In this document: positions 28,113 to 38,603 of the stretch, piece by piece
Numbering within the stretch: position 1 is the first letter of the stretch
Layout: the number at the start of each line of letters is the position of its first letter
Source: a virus
Lineage: Duplodnaviria; Caudoviricetes
Virus record (IMG/VR): IMGVR_UViG_3300031466_000001
Coordinates: 32,001 to 96,000 of that record
Direction: 5' to 3' (one strand)
DNA: 64,000 nt
Notes under the pieces: generated by a model
Told to the model about the DNA's origin: nothing
Seen by the model: the letters and a program-made list of their open reading frames with translations, nothing else
Database searches by the model: none
Program-made: the position numbers and the translations under genes

Positions 28113-28382
28113 TTAGTTATTATCTTTTACCAATGACGTCTCAGTCAAACTTTCAGAAACAGACTTGATTTCATCTTCGATCTCTTCTTCTTCGCCCCCA
28201 TATTCAGGGAGATCATTGACAAGCGACTTAATTTCCGGATCGTTTTCAGCACCAATGGTTACAACATCCGGATCGTCCAAAAACATACTCTTAATTTGGT
28301 CTGCAGAATTTTCCAGCAGAACGTCATTAAAGAGCTCAGCCTGCCGATGTTCGTTAATAGCCTTTTTCAGACCGATAAGCAT
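28113..28382 (-). CDS. Small acidic probable head protein
   Basis: Paralog of 27572..28036; VLLE/N site; late promoter 28414-28425. Confidence 0.6.
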   Translation of the reverse strand: MLIGLKKAINEHRQAELFNDVLLENSADQIKSMFLDDPDVVTIGAENDPEIKSLVNDLPEYGGEEEEIEDEIKSVSESLTETSLVKDNN

Positions 28383-28433
28383 TGCTTTATTCCACCTTTC
28401 TCCTAAATCTTTTTATGGTAATGTTTCGATAAT

Positions 28434-29642
28434 TCAATTAGTTCCCATAAATTCAGCATATTTTTTCTTAATAATGAATAATACGATGGGAAGTAGTATG
28501 AAAGTTTCAAAGTTATAATCCATATAAGTATTATAGTCTCGTAATTTATCTATATCAATTGTATAAACGGAATCAATTCCTTTGTTGAAGTATTTAATGA
28601 TGAGTTCCCATACAATATTATCATCATCCACGATTTCATTCTTTGCAATTTTCGTGATTAATTCATATGGAACATAGAAATTATCCCCTCTACCTAGCAC
28701 TATATCACGAGCTCTATGCTCACGATAGACTGAGAAAATTGAGGTAGGATTATTAATATAATCTATACGATACATATATTTTTTGTTATAATCTATTTTA
28801 CCCATTTCCAATGCTTTATAAATACTATCATTATATTCAATAAGGAATCTATGGTCTTTCCGTTCAGCCGTTAGATAGCAAGTCATATAATTATTCTTCT
28901 CTCTAAAGAGTTCATTGCTGTTAATAAATTCCGATTGATATCTGTCATAAAGTAAATTATACGTGAGTTTACCTGCTTCAGCTTCATTAAATAAGAAAGC
29001 GTTATATTTTTTATTATAGAAGAAAATTTTGTATCGTTCAGCGATTAAAGTATAGACTTTATTCAATTCTATAAGACGAGAGACATCTTCTTCTTTGATG
29101 AGGCACTTTTCCGCTGTCCCAATGTTAGTAAAAATACAATTATATTTATCAGTTACTTGTTTTTCGATTTCATTTTTATCATTATCTGTATATTTTATCT
29201 TAAAACCAATTCTATAAAAATTGTTACTCTTGATAGTGTCATATGAAATAGTCGTTACTTGGAAAAGATATTGTTTACCAAGATAATCGATGATAAAAAA
29301 ATCATAAGGGAGGGGTTTAACTGTATTAGGGAGAATAATACCTTCTCCGTCATATTCACTGTCAAGACCTTGATCTTCATCTTGTAAATCAAGAATTATT
29401 TGCTCTATTCCGTAAATAGGGAAATTTGTAACCTTATTGTATCGAATAGGTGAATCGGCCCCAATAACCCTTTCTACTGATTGGAAACCACTATCGGCGG
29501 TGCTTTCGATATTGTTAACATTGTAGTATGTTGTAAACGTAGGAGTTTTATCTAGAAATCTTGAGTATTGTGAATTTAGTCTATCTTCCATCATGAAGAC
29601 ACTGTCATTTATAAACTTTCTCTCATCTAAGAGAAAAGCCAT
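28434..29642 (-). CDS. Probable neck/head-closure protein (T4 gp14-like)
   Basis: 'TPTFTTYY', 'SPIRYNKV', 'ILPNTVKPLPYDFF' pattern; late promoter 29675-29686. Confidence 0.5.
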   Translation of the reverse strand: MAFLLDERKFINDSVFMMEDRLNSQYSRFLDKTPTFTTYYNVNNIESTADSGFQSVERVIGADSPIRYNKVTNFPIYGIEQIILDLQDEDQGLDSEYDGEGIILPNTVKPLPYDFFIIDYLGKQYLFQVTTISYDTIKSNNFYRIGFKIKYTDNDKNEIEKQVTDKYNCIFTNIGTAEKCLIKEEDVSRLIELNKVYTLIAERYKIFFYNKKYNAFLFNEAEAGKLTYNLLYDRYQSEFINSNELFREKNNYMTCYLTAERKDHRFLIEYNDSIYKALEMGKIDYNKKYMYRIDYINNPTSIFSVYREHRARDIVLGRGDNFYVPYELITKIAKNEIVDDDNIVWELIIKYFNKGIDSVYTIDIDKLRDYNTYMDYNFETFILLPIVLFIIKKKYAEFMGTN

Positions 29643-29809
29643 TATAACCTCACCTCACAGATTTTACACTTAATTATATACTTGTTCCCCTTTAATATTT
29701 TCCATGGAATCATTGCACAAAAATAAAAAAAAAATAAAGTACAGTCACTATGATGACTGTACTTTATTTTTTCACTCATTTCTTTTATTAATTTATTACC
29801 CAGTTTATA

Positions 29810-30207
29810 TTAATCATCAACCCATGGACCTTTCATTTTCCAATAAAATGGTCTAAAAAACTTATAACGTGAATCTCTAACTAATATACACTCATCTTCA
29901 ATACGAATGTAAACGATAACTCCATTGTAATATTTATATTTATCGCTTACAGCGGCATTATATGGCACTAAAACAAGATTTTTCTACTAAAACTATTTTA
30001 GAAAAATGAAATGCTGGACGATAATTGCTATCAAATGTACGCATTTTATCATAAATTTTACCCGGTAAAGCAGAGATATTTAATTTCTTCATTTCCTTTA
30101 AAGTTACTAAACCTTTTTCTTCGATTATTTTTGTCAGAAAATAAATGTGTATAAAATTTTTTAAAATTATCCAAAGCATTAAACAGTCTGTAATTAAAGA
30201 TAATCAT
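29810..30207 (-). pseudogene. Hypothetical gene with two apparent 1-nt frameshifts
   Basis: ATG overlaps the primase stop; three consecutive frame segments (MIIFNYRL..DK / IIEEKGL..VEK / NLVLVPY..WVDD*) can be joined at A5 runs. Confidence 0.45.
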
Positions 30208-31259
30208 ATCCGCACCCTCTTTATTTTTATTTTATTAGCAGGAACTCCATAGTCAGCTTTACCATTTACAAATATTTCGTTATAAAATACATTGAATTCA
30301 GAAACCCATACCTTAAGTTCATCAATCATTTTTCTATAAATCCTAGGACTGACATTACTATCTGAAAATATATTTACTACCACATTTCCTACAACGCCCA
30401 TCTGAATAAAGTACTTTATAACATTTGTGAAAGCCGCACCATTTACTGCGGCATAAATCATATTTTCTTTTTCCCCGTTAAATATGTGACTGTATATTCC
30501 GAGGATGTCAAATATACCTTCCGCCACATTCAAATAAATGGCTTTATTTGAAAGAAGATCGATTTCGTTCGGAATTGTATAGAATTTTCTAGTGTTGTCT
30601 ATATTTTGGTAAATCGAATATTTTTCATATCTTCTGAGTTTATTGTCAAATATATTTCTAAAGTTTATAAATTCGTTTCTAGTTGTCAAGAACCCAACAT
30701 AGTTTTCATGAAGTAATAATGCTTTCTCTTTAGAAACAGTCAACTTTTCTATCCCATTATGTCTAAGAAACTGGGGAAAATTAAATATAACTTTCATTTT
30801 AGTTAACTCACCGAAAGAGAAATCTGTCCCGAGCCGATTGTTAATATAATCTCTCTTTAAAATATTCAATTTATTATTTACATCAACATCCGGCACTTCA
30901 AGATCAAAATTGTTGTCTTTAATACCGAATTGCTTGTTAACTGACTTCATAGCTTTTTTGTTATAAGAGATGAGATTGCTGTTAAGTTGTAAATCATTAA
31001 TTTTCAGAGTTCTGAGGATCGAGGGGGTCAGTATTCCCGACATCCCACAATCAGCTCTGAAGCAATTGAACAATACTGGTTCATCATCCATTAGATTTAT
31101 TCGTATATAAAAGTGAGCACTTCTTTCATTTTTCTGACTGTCCCCACAAAAAGGACATCTTATTGCAACCTCAGTTCCTTTTGGATAGAAAACATCAAGT
31201 TCAGAAAGTTTATTATACAGACGAAGTTTAAATTCTCTGTTATTCATTATTATCACCAC
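30204..31259 (-). CDS. DNA primase (T4 gp61-like)
   Basis: RCPFCGDS...CFRADC zinc ribbon; TOPRIM VAEGIFD and FSD; early promoter 31308-31316. Confidence 0.85.
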   Translation of the reverse strand: MVIIMNNREFKLRLYNKLSELDVFYPKGTEVAIRCPFCGDSQKNERSAHFYIRINLMDDEPVLFNCFRADCGMSGILTPSILRTLKINDLQLNSNLISYNKKAMKSVNKQFGIKDNNFDLEVPDVDVNNKLNILKRDYINNRLGTDFSFGELTKMKVIFNFPQFLRHNGIEKLTVSKEKALLLHENYVGFLTTRNEFINFRNIFDNKLRRYEKYSIYQNIDNTRKFYTIPNEIDLLSNKAIYLNVAEGIFDILGIYSHIFNGEKENMIYAAVNGAAFTNVIKYFIQMGVVGNVVVNIFSDSNVSPRIYRKMIDELKVWVSEFNVFYNEIFVNGKADYGVPANKIKIKRVRI

Positions 31260-31345
31260 CTATCTCATATTTGTTGATCCGTTTATATAAATCTAGGTTT
31301 CGATTTAATAATATATAAACTAAAAAAAATAGAGGGGAGAACTAT

Positions 31346-32119
31346 TTAGGTTCTCCCCTCCTTTTTATAATTGAAACCGAGCATGAAGTATCTTCCTGTT
31401 GACGGATGAACTACACCTATTTCATATACCACAGTTTCATCATCTCTTGCTTCCTCAGCAATTCGTTCATATATGAACTTATCTTCTTCATTACCGAGTT
31501 CATAAATTCGATGATGTGTGACGGTTTGTACCCTATTTTCTGTGACAACTTTAATCGTATTACTGAGTACGTTAAACAACCATTGACCAATCTCTTTTCC
31601 ATATTTATCGATAATAGAGTCAAGATTTGTTGTTACACTTTTCATTTTTTGATCAAAAGCTTTGAAAGATATATTTTTGAATTTATGTGGTGTGTTTAAG
31701 TAATAAGGGTTAATACCCAGACAACCTTTCAAAATGTCTCGGTATTGATACTTATAAATAGTTTCAGCTTGTTTTAGACGCAGATTGATGTAATTGTATA
31801 GTTCCCTCTTTATCTGTTCATCTATAAAAGAATAAGAATATCTTTCTTCTAACTTTTTTATATCGATATTGGCGTCAATAAATACTTTTTCAGAGAATGA
31901 TTCTATAATGGCTTTTATTTGATTTGTGTGCTCATCAGAAATTAGATCAGTTAATTCATCGAAGGCACTAATGTCAAACAAGGTTATGTAAATTCGATTT
32001 GGTTTATATGGGAGTTCAAAAGCATGAGGTCCATAAAATTGGTCGACCATCTGATTTAGGATCTTATTTGCTTCAAACCATTCTGGAAAAATTCTATTTG
32101 AAGTAGAATCAATATTCAT
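31346..32119 (-). CDS. Hypothetical protein
   Basis: 257-aa ORF with RBS. Confidence 0.55.
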   Translation of the reverse strand: MNIDSTSNRIFPEWFEANKILNQMVDQFYGPHAFELPYKPNRIYITLFDISAFDELTDLISDEHTNQIKAIIESFSEKVFIDANIDIKKLEERYSYSFIDEQIKRELYNYINLRLKQAETIYKYQYRDILKGCLGINPYYLNTPHKFKNISFKAFDQKMKSVTTNLDSIIDKYGKEIGQWLFNVLSNTIKVVTENRVQTVTHHRIYELGNEEDKFIYERIAEEARDDETVVYEIGVVHPSTGRYFMLGFNYKKEGRT

Positions 32120-32146
32120 TATATATCACCATCTTTCTTTTACTAT

Positions 32147-32386
32147 TCATTTATTTTTCAATTCAAAATATTCCTGTAATGATGCTAAGTGTTTAGTCCT
32201 CCTCATGAAAGTTTGTTTTGTAAAAAGCGCAAGTTCTTTATAATCTTCATCACCAAATAATTCATATAGGGTCATGAAGTCATTATATTCATCGAGCAAT
32301 TCGTCCACTTCTTTTCTAATATACTCGATCATTTTTTCAACATCGAAATTAGGTGAATCTTCATACCACTTGCTAATTTTAATCAC
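32147..32386 (-). CDS. Hypothetical protein
   Basis: 79-aa ORF in operon. Confidence 0.5.
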   Translation of the reverse strand: MIKISKWYEDSPNFDVEKMIEYIRKEVDELLDEYNDFMTLYELFGDEDYKELALFTKQTFMRRTKHLASLQEYFELKNK

Positions 32387-32453
32387 CCCACTCTTATTTA
32401 TTATAAAAAAAATAAGGAGAAAGACAGTCGAATATCTGTCTTTCTCCTTACTG

Positions 32454-33971
32454 TTATATCTGATTTAAAAAGTTCAAGAATTCATCAGACAGGATATCCG
32501 GCGTATTGATTTCAATCTTATTCCCAAGCTTTTCTGGATAATCATAATCCACTATCGTGAAATGAGAGTTGAGAAGGATTGAGAGTAGATTTATGATAAT
32601 GTTGTTTTTATTCAGCTCATCAACTACTATACCGAATTTTTCTTGGAGAATAGATTGATACACCGGAGAGTTACGAACCTTTTCCAGAAACTTCTGATTC
32701 TGAATAGTCCGTTTGATAAGCTTTTCAACGTTTCCGGATAAGATCATAGGAAGATAGATGAATCCTTGATATTGGAGACGTTTTTTCAGTATCAACATGA
32801 GCTTGATATATTGAGAGCGTGTCAAGAGATTAATATCTCTATACCCACCGAAATACTTCGCATAGAAGTAACCTACGAGCTGAACTTGAAATTTGTTGAT
32901 CTTGTGATGTTGCTCGTAGAATCTAAGCTCATCTTTGTCGATATCGATACCGAATCGTTTTTTTATCTTTTTGATCGTCTTCTTTATATTAACAGAAGAC
33001 AAGATAACCAAGGACTCATCGATTTTGGCCGAGTTCATTTCAAGCTTATCAATACCGCTCAAACCCTCTGAGTCCTTCGTTGTGGTCAATTCTCTCATCG
33101 TATAATTGTATGGTGTTATTGAAAAGAAGCCAAGCTGTTTATCCAAGACAACGGAGTTGAAACTGATGATGTTTTTGTGGAATCTATATTTCACCATCGT
33201 CTCGGAAATGATGTTCTCTTTCAGCAATGTGTCCATATAGATAAGCGGGTCCATACCCATGATCTCCCGCTGATTCCATATGACACTGTTATTACTATAG
33301 TGCCGTTTTATCTTCGACTCTACAGTTATTCGAAGTTTCAGATAGATATCAACCTTGTCGTCCCACATATAGAACAGATGTTCATAGAAGATGAACAATG
33401 GGGTCTCTTTGTCCTTGATGATGTTATTCCTATTGATATAGTGGAACAACACCGGAACCATGAGTTTCATTCCCATTGAAATCTTCATCATGATTTTTGC
33501 GTGCTCATTGGTGAATTCCAATGTCTCCGCATACTTGATGTTGTTTTTGGACTTAAGGTCGATATAATAATTATCCTCAACCATACGGTTAATTTTCTCT
33601 TTCATCGATTCGGTAAACAATACCGAGTAAAGCATTTTGATGAAAACTTTTCTTTTGATGCGTTTTTTCTTGTTGTCGATTTGATGCTTGAGCATCAGGT
33701 AAGCCATAAGCAGCTCATTATCCGTATCGTAAAACTTGATGAAATAGTTAATATACAAAGCAATTTCGGGCAACTGTTTAACATACGAATCTTTCTTGAT
33801 TACGAATACGTTAAAACCTTTGTTACCCTTCTTGAAAATTTCATCAAACGGAATAATCAGAAGCTTTCCGTCACAACGAACAATCTCGTCTTTAGGATTC
33901 TTATAGACGATCTCATTTTCACTCGCTCCTTTAGCCCATTCATCAACCCTTATAAAATCCTGCTTATTCAT
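32454..33971 (-). CDS. Probable non-virion RNAP promoter-specificity subunit (AR9 gp226/phiKZ gp68-like)
   Basis: 505 aa; 'EFTNEHAKIMMKISMGMKLMVPVL' motif; two genes from the chaperonin as in AR9 (gp226/gp228); early promoter 34025-34033. Confidence 0.6.
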   Translation of the reverse strand: MNKQDFIRVDEWAKGASENEIVYKNPKDEIVRCDGKLLIIPFDEIFKKGNKGFNVFVIKKDSYVKQLPEIALYINYFIKFYDTDNELLMAYLMLKHQIDNKKKRIKRKVFIKMLYSVLFTESMKEKINRMVEDNYYIDLKSKNNIKYAETLEFTNEHAKIMMKISMGMKLMVPVLFHYINRNNIIKDKETPLFIFYEHLFYMWDDKVDIYLKLRITVESKIKRHYSNNSVIWNQREIMGMDPLIYMDTLLKENIISETMVKYRFHKNIISFNSVVLDKQLGFFSITPYNYTMRELTTTKDSEGLSGIDKLEMNSAKIDESLVILSSVNIKKTIKKIKKRFGIDIDKDELRFYEQHHKINKFQVQLVGYFYAKYFGGYRDINLLTRSQYIKLMLILKKRLQYQGFIYLPMILSGNVEKLIKRTIQNQKFLEKVRNSPVYQSILQEKFGIVVDELNKNNIIINLLSILLNSHFTIVDYDYPEKLGNKIEINTPDILSDEFLNFLNQI

Positions 33972-34024
33972 TATCCCTAACCGCCACCCTCTATTTTAAA
34001 TTTGTTTCTCCACATCCTACCATT

Positions 34025-34033
34025 ATAATATAT
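34025..34033 (-). promoter_or_regulatory. Early promoter motif ATATATTAT
   Basis: Exact motif upstream of the sigma-like subunit. Confidence 0.65.
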
Positions 34034-34036
34034 AAT

Positions 34037-34882
34037 TTATTTAGGTCTTATTCTCGATATGGATGATTTGCGAGGTTTAATTTTTCCTTTGTCCATAAAT
34101 TTTACTAAATCATCATCCTTGGATTGTCTAGATGTGGAAGTGGCAGTTCTCTTTGTGATGCCCGTTGTTTTATTAGAGGATCTGTTTTTGGAAGAAGTAT
34201 CTTTCTTGGATTTCCTTTTTTCTTCCTCTTCTTCGCGCTTAATTCTATTATTTTCACGCTGGATTTCTCTTTCAATAGTCTCAGTATGTCTAATCTTTTT
34301 AAGAAACTCATCCTTGTTAAATTTTTTAGCTATGAGTTCAATAGCCGACTTTACCATATACTTAGAAGCATTATTCAAAATATGCTGACAAGCAAAAAAG
34401 ATGGTTTTTTCATAACTGACGATTTCACCAGGATTTCGAGTAACCGGAGGATTTTCGAATACCCTCTCATCAAATTTACCAGCAAGTTCTTCCACAAAGA
34501 GTCCGTTGAGGTTAAAAGCATAAGCATATGTGTACGTAAAACTAGGGCTGTTTGAGAAGAATTTTACATAGTATTGATTGAGATTTTTATGTTCTGTGGC
34601 ACCCTCAGATGGTATGAAGTGAAGGACTACGTCATATGTATTCCTTCTTTTAGTATTTTCACTAGGTATAATCAAATGAAAAAAATATGATTGACCATAG
34701 CTATAAATCGTCACAGAGATTTTTTTATCAGGTTTTGAAAGCAACAACTCCAGGCGATTTCGTAAATCATTTTGAATTAACTGTCTACCGGGAATGGCAT
34801 TGCTGCCTTTACCCATCGGATTGTCAACAAACTCCCTAAGCGTTTGGAGGATAAACATAATAAACCCCCTTGTATATATCAA
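34037..34882 (-). CDS. Conserved jumbo-phage hypothetical protein
   Basis: 'VKFFSNSPSFTYTYAY' motif and basic C-terminal tail. Confidence 0.55.
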   Translation of the reverse strand: MIYTRGFIMFILQTLREFVDNPMGKGSNAIPGRQLIQNDLRNRLELLLSKPDKKISVTIYSYGQSYFFHLIIPSENTKRRNTYDVVLHFIPSEGATEHKNLNQYYVKFFSNSPSFTYTYAYAFNLNGLFVEELAGKFDERVFENPPVTRNPGEIVSYEKTIFFACQHILNNASKYMVKSAIELIAKKFNKDEFLKKIRHTETIEREIQRENNRIKREEEEEKRKSKKDTSSKNRSSNKTTGITKRTATSTSRQSKDDDLVKFMDKGKIKPRKSSISRIRPK

Positions 34883-34922
34883 TAGGGGATGGTGGTTCCA
34901 TCCCCTATTGATATTTATTTTT

Positions 34923-36680
34923 TTATTCGATGTCTGTGTCGCTTTTGATGGTCAAGAATTGGTTACTGCCCATGATCAGCGCAACAATAGAAGTTGCGGC
35001 CTTTGTGATTTCGATATCGGTAAAGCAAGGATTGATAACATCCGAGCTATATTGGTGTGTTATAAGGTTGTAGACTTTTTGATCTTCAACACACTTATCT
35101 ACGATTTGCATAATTTCTTCATCACTCAACGAAGTTCCTTCAAAACCATTTTTCAATACAATAGAAAATACCGAACGAAATGCTTTACTAAAGAGAGTGT
35201 AGATAGTTTCTTCATATTCGACTTCCATGGTCTCTTTTATAAGATCTTTGATAATGATCGGAATAATCAAATTACCACCAATGTTGTAACCATAGTTGAA
35301 CGCAGATTCACATGCGCGAACTGCGTCTTCAACAAGGTCAAAATTTGCACCTTTTTCGAGCGAAGAATTACCACCAACATGAATAACACCCATTTTTCCG
35401 GCAAGCTTAGAAACACGTTTCTTGAGATCGTAAACTTCCGGATTGGGCACATTGAGTTCCATATTGGTCTCTTCGGCTTTTTTATATTTGGTGATTGCAT
35501 CAGTCAACGCAACCTTATAAAGTTCTTCATTTCTCTTTACGAACCCGCTAATCGTCGTTACAGACGGGCCGATCGTGATCTTCTTGGCTTCACCAACGAA
35601 GTCGTCGAGGGGGAACAATTTTTCTTTCTTATTTTCTTGCCCTTCTTCACTCTCATCCTCTTCATTGAGTCCAAGAAGTTCCCTCATATCATTTTCCCGG
35701 AAGATACGGCATCCGGCCATGATTGAAAAATCGTTGTAGAATTCGTGTTGAAGATTATTCACCAACGTTGCACGAGCATAGACAACCTGAGTGGTGCGGG
35801 ATGCTTTAACCTCAAGTTGTACAGTCGAACGAAGGTAGTTCAAGAAAGTTTCATCGTATCTAGGAGCGATAACGACAAGTCTGCGTCCAGATTGCATTGC
35901 AACTTGAATCACATGTTGGATAACATGCTCGAAATGATTTTCCCTATCGACCCTATGATCAAACATGAGAATCAACGGGTTATTAATTTCACATGTTCCA
36001 TCGTCAGAGTTATTGATATAGATGGTATCCAAATAGGAAATCGGAGCTTGATAACCGTCAATGATTTCAAAGAATGTACGATTTGTTCTCGATTTAACAT
36101 ATTCGATGGATGGATTCTTTGTTTTCTCATAGATTTCTCGAATCATACGGGCGATTTTATCGTCCCCGTTAGTGGAAACGAATGCCAATTTATAAATCTC
36201 ATTGAGACCTTCCGTAGTTTCAATGTCGATCTTCTTGGACCGTTTAAGGATTTCCACAGAAATTCTTTCTGCAACCTTAGTGAGAGAGTCAATGAGATCT
36301 TTGGGACGAATTTTGCTCAATACAGGGTCGGATTCGATAGTTTTGAGAAGTTGGTTAGCAGCAACGATAGAAGAAGTACTACCATCGCCGACTTTGATAA
36401 CTACTTGTGCCGCAATATTCACAAGAAGTTGCATAATCGTGTTGTCAATGCTTTCAGAAAACTGAATTTTTTTGAGGATGTTCCAACCGTCTTTCGTAAT
36501 GTGAACATCCCCAAACCTCTCAATAATTGTATTAGAACCGGCGGGACCCAGAGTATTTTTGAGCATTCCTGCCACAGATTCAAAAACAGCACGCACTCTG
36601 TTTCTGAACGTATCCCGATCGATTACATTCCATTTACTCAATACCTTAACATTTTCGGGAGTTGCAATAGTTTCGCTCAT
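34923..36680 (-). CDS. groEL: Phage GroEL-like chaperonin
   Basis: TLGPAG, ITKDG, VGDGSTS, IHVGG, VEDAVRA motifs; late promoter 36781-36792. Confidence 0.92.
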   Translation of the reverse strand: MSETIATPENVKVLSKWNVIDRDTFRNRVRAVFESVAGMLKNTLGPAGSNTIIERFGDVHITKDGWNILKKIQFSESIDNTIMQLLVNIAAQVVIKVGDGSTSSIVAANQLLKTIESDPVLSKIRPKDLIDSLTKVAERISVEILKRSKKIDIETTEGLNEIYKLAFVSTNGDDKIARMIREIYEKTKNPSIEYVKSRTNRTFFEIIDGYQAPISYLDTIYINNSDDGTCEINNPLILMFDHRVDRENHFEHVIQHVIQVAMQSGRRLVVIAPRYDETFLNYLRSTVQLEVKASRTTQVVYARATLVNNLQHEFYNDFSIMAGCRIFRENDMRELLGLNEEDESEEGQENKKEKLFPLDDFVGEAKKITIGPSVTTISGFVKRNEELYKVALTDAITKYKKAEETNMELNVPNPEVYDLKKRVSKLAGKMGVIHVGGNSSLEKGANFDLVEDAVRACESAFNYGYNIGGNLIIPIIIKDLIKETMEVEYEETIYTLFSKAFRSVFSIVLKNGFEGTSLSDEEIMQIVDKCVEDQKVYNLITHQYSSDVINPCFTDIEITKAATSIVALIMGSNQFLTIKSDTDIE

Positions 36681-36828
36681 CTGATCTTTCTCCTCCTGTA
36701 TTTTTATGGTCTTTCTTCATAATTACTGGCTATATTTACCAGCATCCGGTAAAAATATTAGCCCTGTAACTATGAATCTCTAATAAAATGTTAGGGGAGT
36801 AGTAGAATATTATCTACTACTCCCATTT

Positions 36829-37545
36829 TTAACCGAATGCAAAATGTTCTTCTGTCAAGTCTAGAGGCACGAATTGAGCAAAGTCGAATCCGTATTTTTT
36901 GGCCATTTCTTTGCTGTCTATTTTAAGACTGAGCTCCCCATTTTCATCAAGCTTAAAATTGTAGCCATAAGAAGCTAAGAGAACCGTTGTATTTTTTAAT
37001 TTATCTGTAGGAGCTATTTTCATAAGCTGTGTAATGTCATTTAAGACAAAGGCAGTTATAGGTTGATCCACCTTGGATACAACTTCCGCTAAATCTCCAA
37101 CAACATATGAGATTTTTTCCATAGTCCCTGCAGTTGTTTGAATATCTAGATGTATTCTTGGATCATATTTGGGCGAATAGATGTAGATCTTCTTTGTAAA
37201 ACGTTGTGATATTAATAACGGTAGTGATTGACCAAATTTAAGCAGTTCTGAAGCACTATATAAATTTGGAATGCGCGATTTGAGTTCTATTAAGGTCCCT
37301 TCATAGTCAAATTCTTTTTTTGCTAAATATTCAAACACATTGACTTCCGATCTTTGTACACACAATCGGGTCAAGTTTTTAAAATTATAGTCTGAAATTT
37401 CTTCTAGATTAAGGTAATCAGAATAAACATCTTTATATTTTTCGAGTATGGTATAGAGTAATATAGGATATGGACTTTTAATGACTTCCTCGTAAATCAT
37501 AAAAAATGTTTCGGTTTTATATCTTTCGGCTGTAGGGTCCCACAT
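36829..37545 (-). CDS. Hypothetical protein (possibly degenerate HAD fold)
   Basis: 238 aa; C-terminal 'LLASYGYNF' pattern; catalytic motif not evident. Confidence 0.45.
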   Translation of the reverse strand: MWDPTAERYKTETFFMIYEEVIKSPYPILLYTILEKYKDVYSDYLNLEEISDYNFKNLTRLCVQRSEVNVFEYLAKKEFDYEGTLIELKSRIPNLYSASELLKFGQSLPLLISQRFTKKIYIYSPKYDPRIHLDIQTTAGTMEKISYVVGDLAEVVSKVDQPITAFVLNDITQLMKIAPTDKLKNTTVLLASYGYNFKLDENGELSLKIDSKEMAKKYGFDFAQFVPLDLTEEHFAFG

Positions 37546-37560
37546 CCGACATCACCTATT

Positions 37561-38595
37561 TTACTCGACATTAAGCATCCGTTTGAAGTGATCCAGCGCA
37601 TATTGTGCTCTGGAAAGCCAGGAATTTTTCTTGGCAATAGCTTGACGTGTTACTACCTTATCCGGCGAATTTTCTCTAATTGCTTGAGAAATTACATTAA
37701 TGATATTATTTACATCTCCGAAGTAAACCACGTCGCGGAACTTTTCAAGCTCTTGCATCTTAGATGCAACAACAGGTTTACCTGCACTGAGATATTCATA
37801 ACATTTAACCGGGTCGCAACCCGAAATCATTTTGGTAAGTTTAAACGGAATAATTGCGACATCGAACCAAGAAAGATACCTCGGAAGCTCATTGTATTTC
37901 TTCATCGGTAAGGAAGTAATATTTTTATGCTCGATGGGGATATTGTAGAGGTTATTCCTGCCGATCATTACCACAGGGAAATAGTCGGCAATGGTTTTTA
38001 CCAACTCTACATCCAACCAGGTATAAATTGCTCCATAATAGCCGATAAGGAATCTATTTCCTACCGTCGGCATATCTCTAGGACGTTCCAGTCTCTTTAC
38101 AGCAGGTGAGAAATGGTCATAGTCTGCGCCATTGGGAACCAGAATTGTATTTACACCACGTCTAATATGTTCATCATAGATCACCTTAGCGCTTGCACAG
38201 GTAAGATCTGTTTTTTGCTCCATAATAGGAACTACATTTTTCCAAGCAGAAAATTCATCGGTAGCGAGATCGCACGAATCAAACACAGACAGATCGTGCG
38301 GTGTTTCGTCGATAAATTTTCCTTGATTTACAGCAGCGTAAATAACAACTTTACCCTTAATGAGATGCTTATAATCTACACCCTGCTTGACAATTGTGAA
38401 GTTTGGAAGATCCTTAAATGGTCTAACAATGTCCGGTACGTTTGGAAAGATATTTGCGGGATTGATATAAATAACATTGGCCCCTGCTTGGGCAAATGCT
38501 TTCATAAGTTGCTGAGGTCTTTGATGCATAAAGTTATAATCCATGGACGGCGGATAGATTATCGTGATGGTCTCTTTCCCCATTGGGTGATTCAC
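37561..38595 (-). CDS. GT-B glycosyltransferase (GT4/TuaH-like)
   Basis: QRPQQL, VPNGADYDHF, IGYYGAI, FDVAIIPF, DPVKCYEYLSAGKPVV. Confidence 0.9.
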   Translation of the reverse strand: MNHPMGKETITIIYPPSMDYNFMHQRPQQLMKAFAQAGANVIYINPANIFPNVPDIVRPFKDLPNFTIVKQGVDYKHLIKGKVVIYAAVNQGKFIDETPHDLSVFDSCDLATDEFSAWKNVVPIMEQKTDLTCASAKVIYDEHIRRGVNTILVPNGADYDHFSPAVKRLERPRDMPTVGNRFLIGYYGAIYTWLDVELVKTIADYFPVVMIGRNNLYNIPIEHKNITSLPMKKYNELPRYLSWFDVAIIPFKLTKMISGCDPVKCYEYLSAGKPVVASKMQELEKFRDVVYFGDVNNIINVISQAIRENSPDKVVTRQAIAKKNSWLSRAQYALDHFKRMLNVE

Positions 38596-38603
38596 TCCCT
38601 CAG

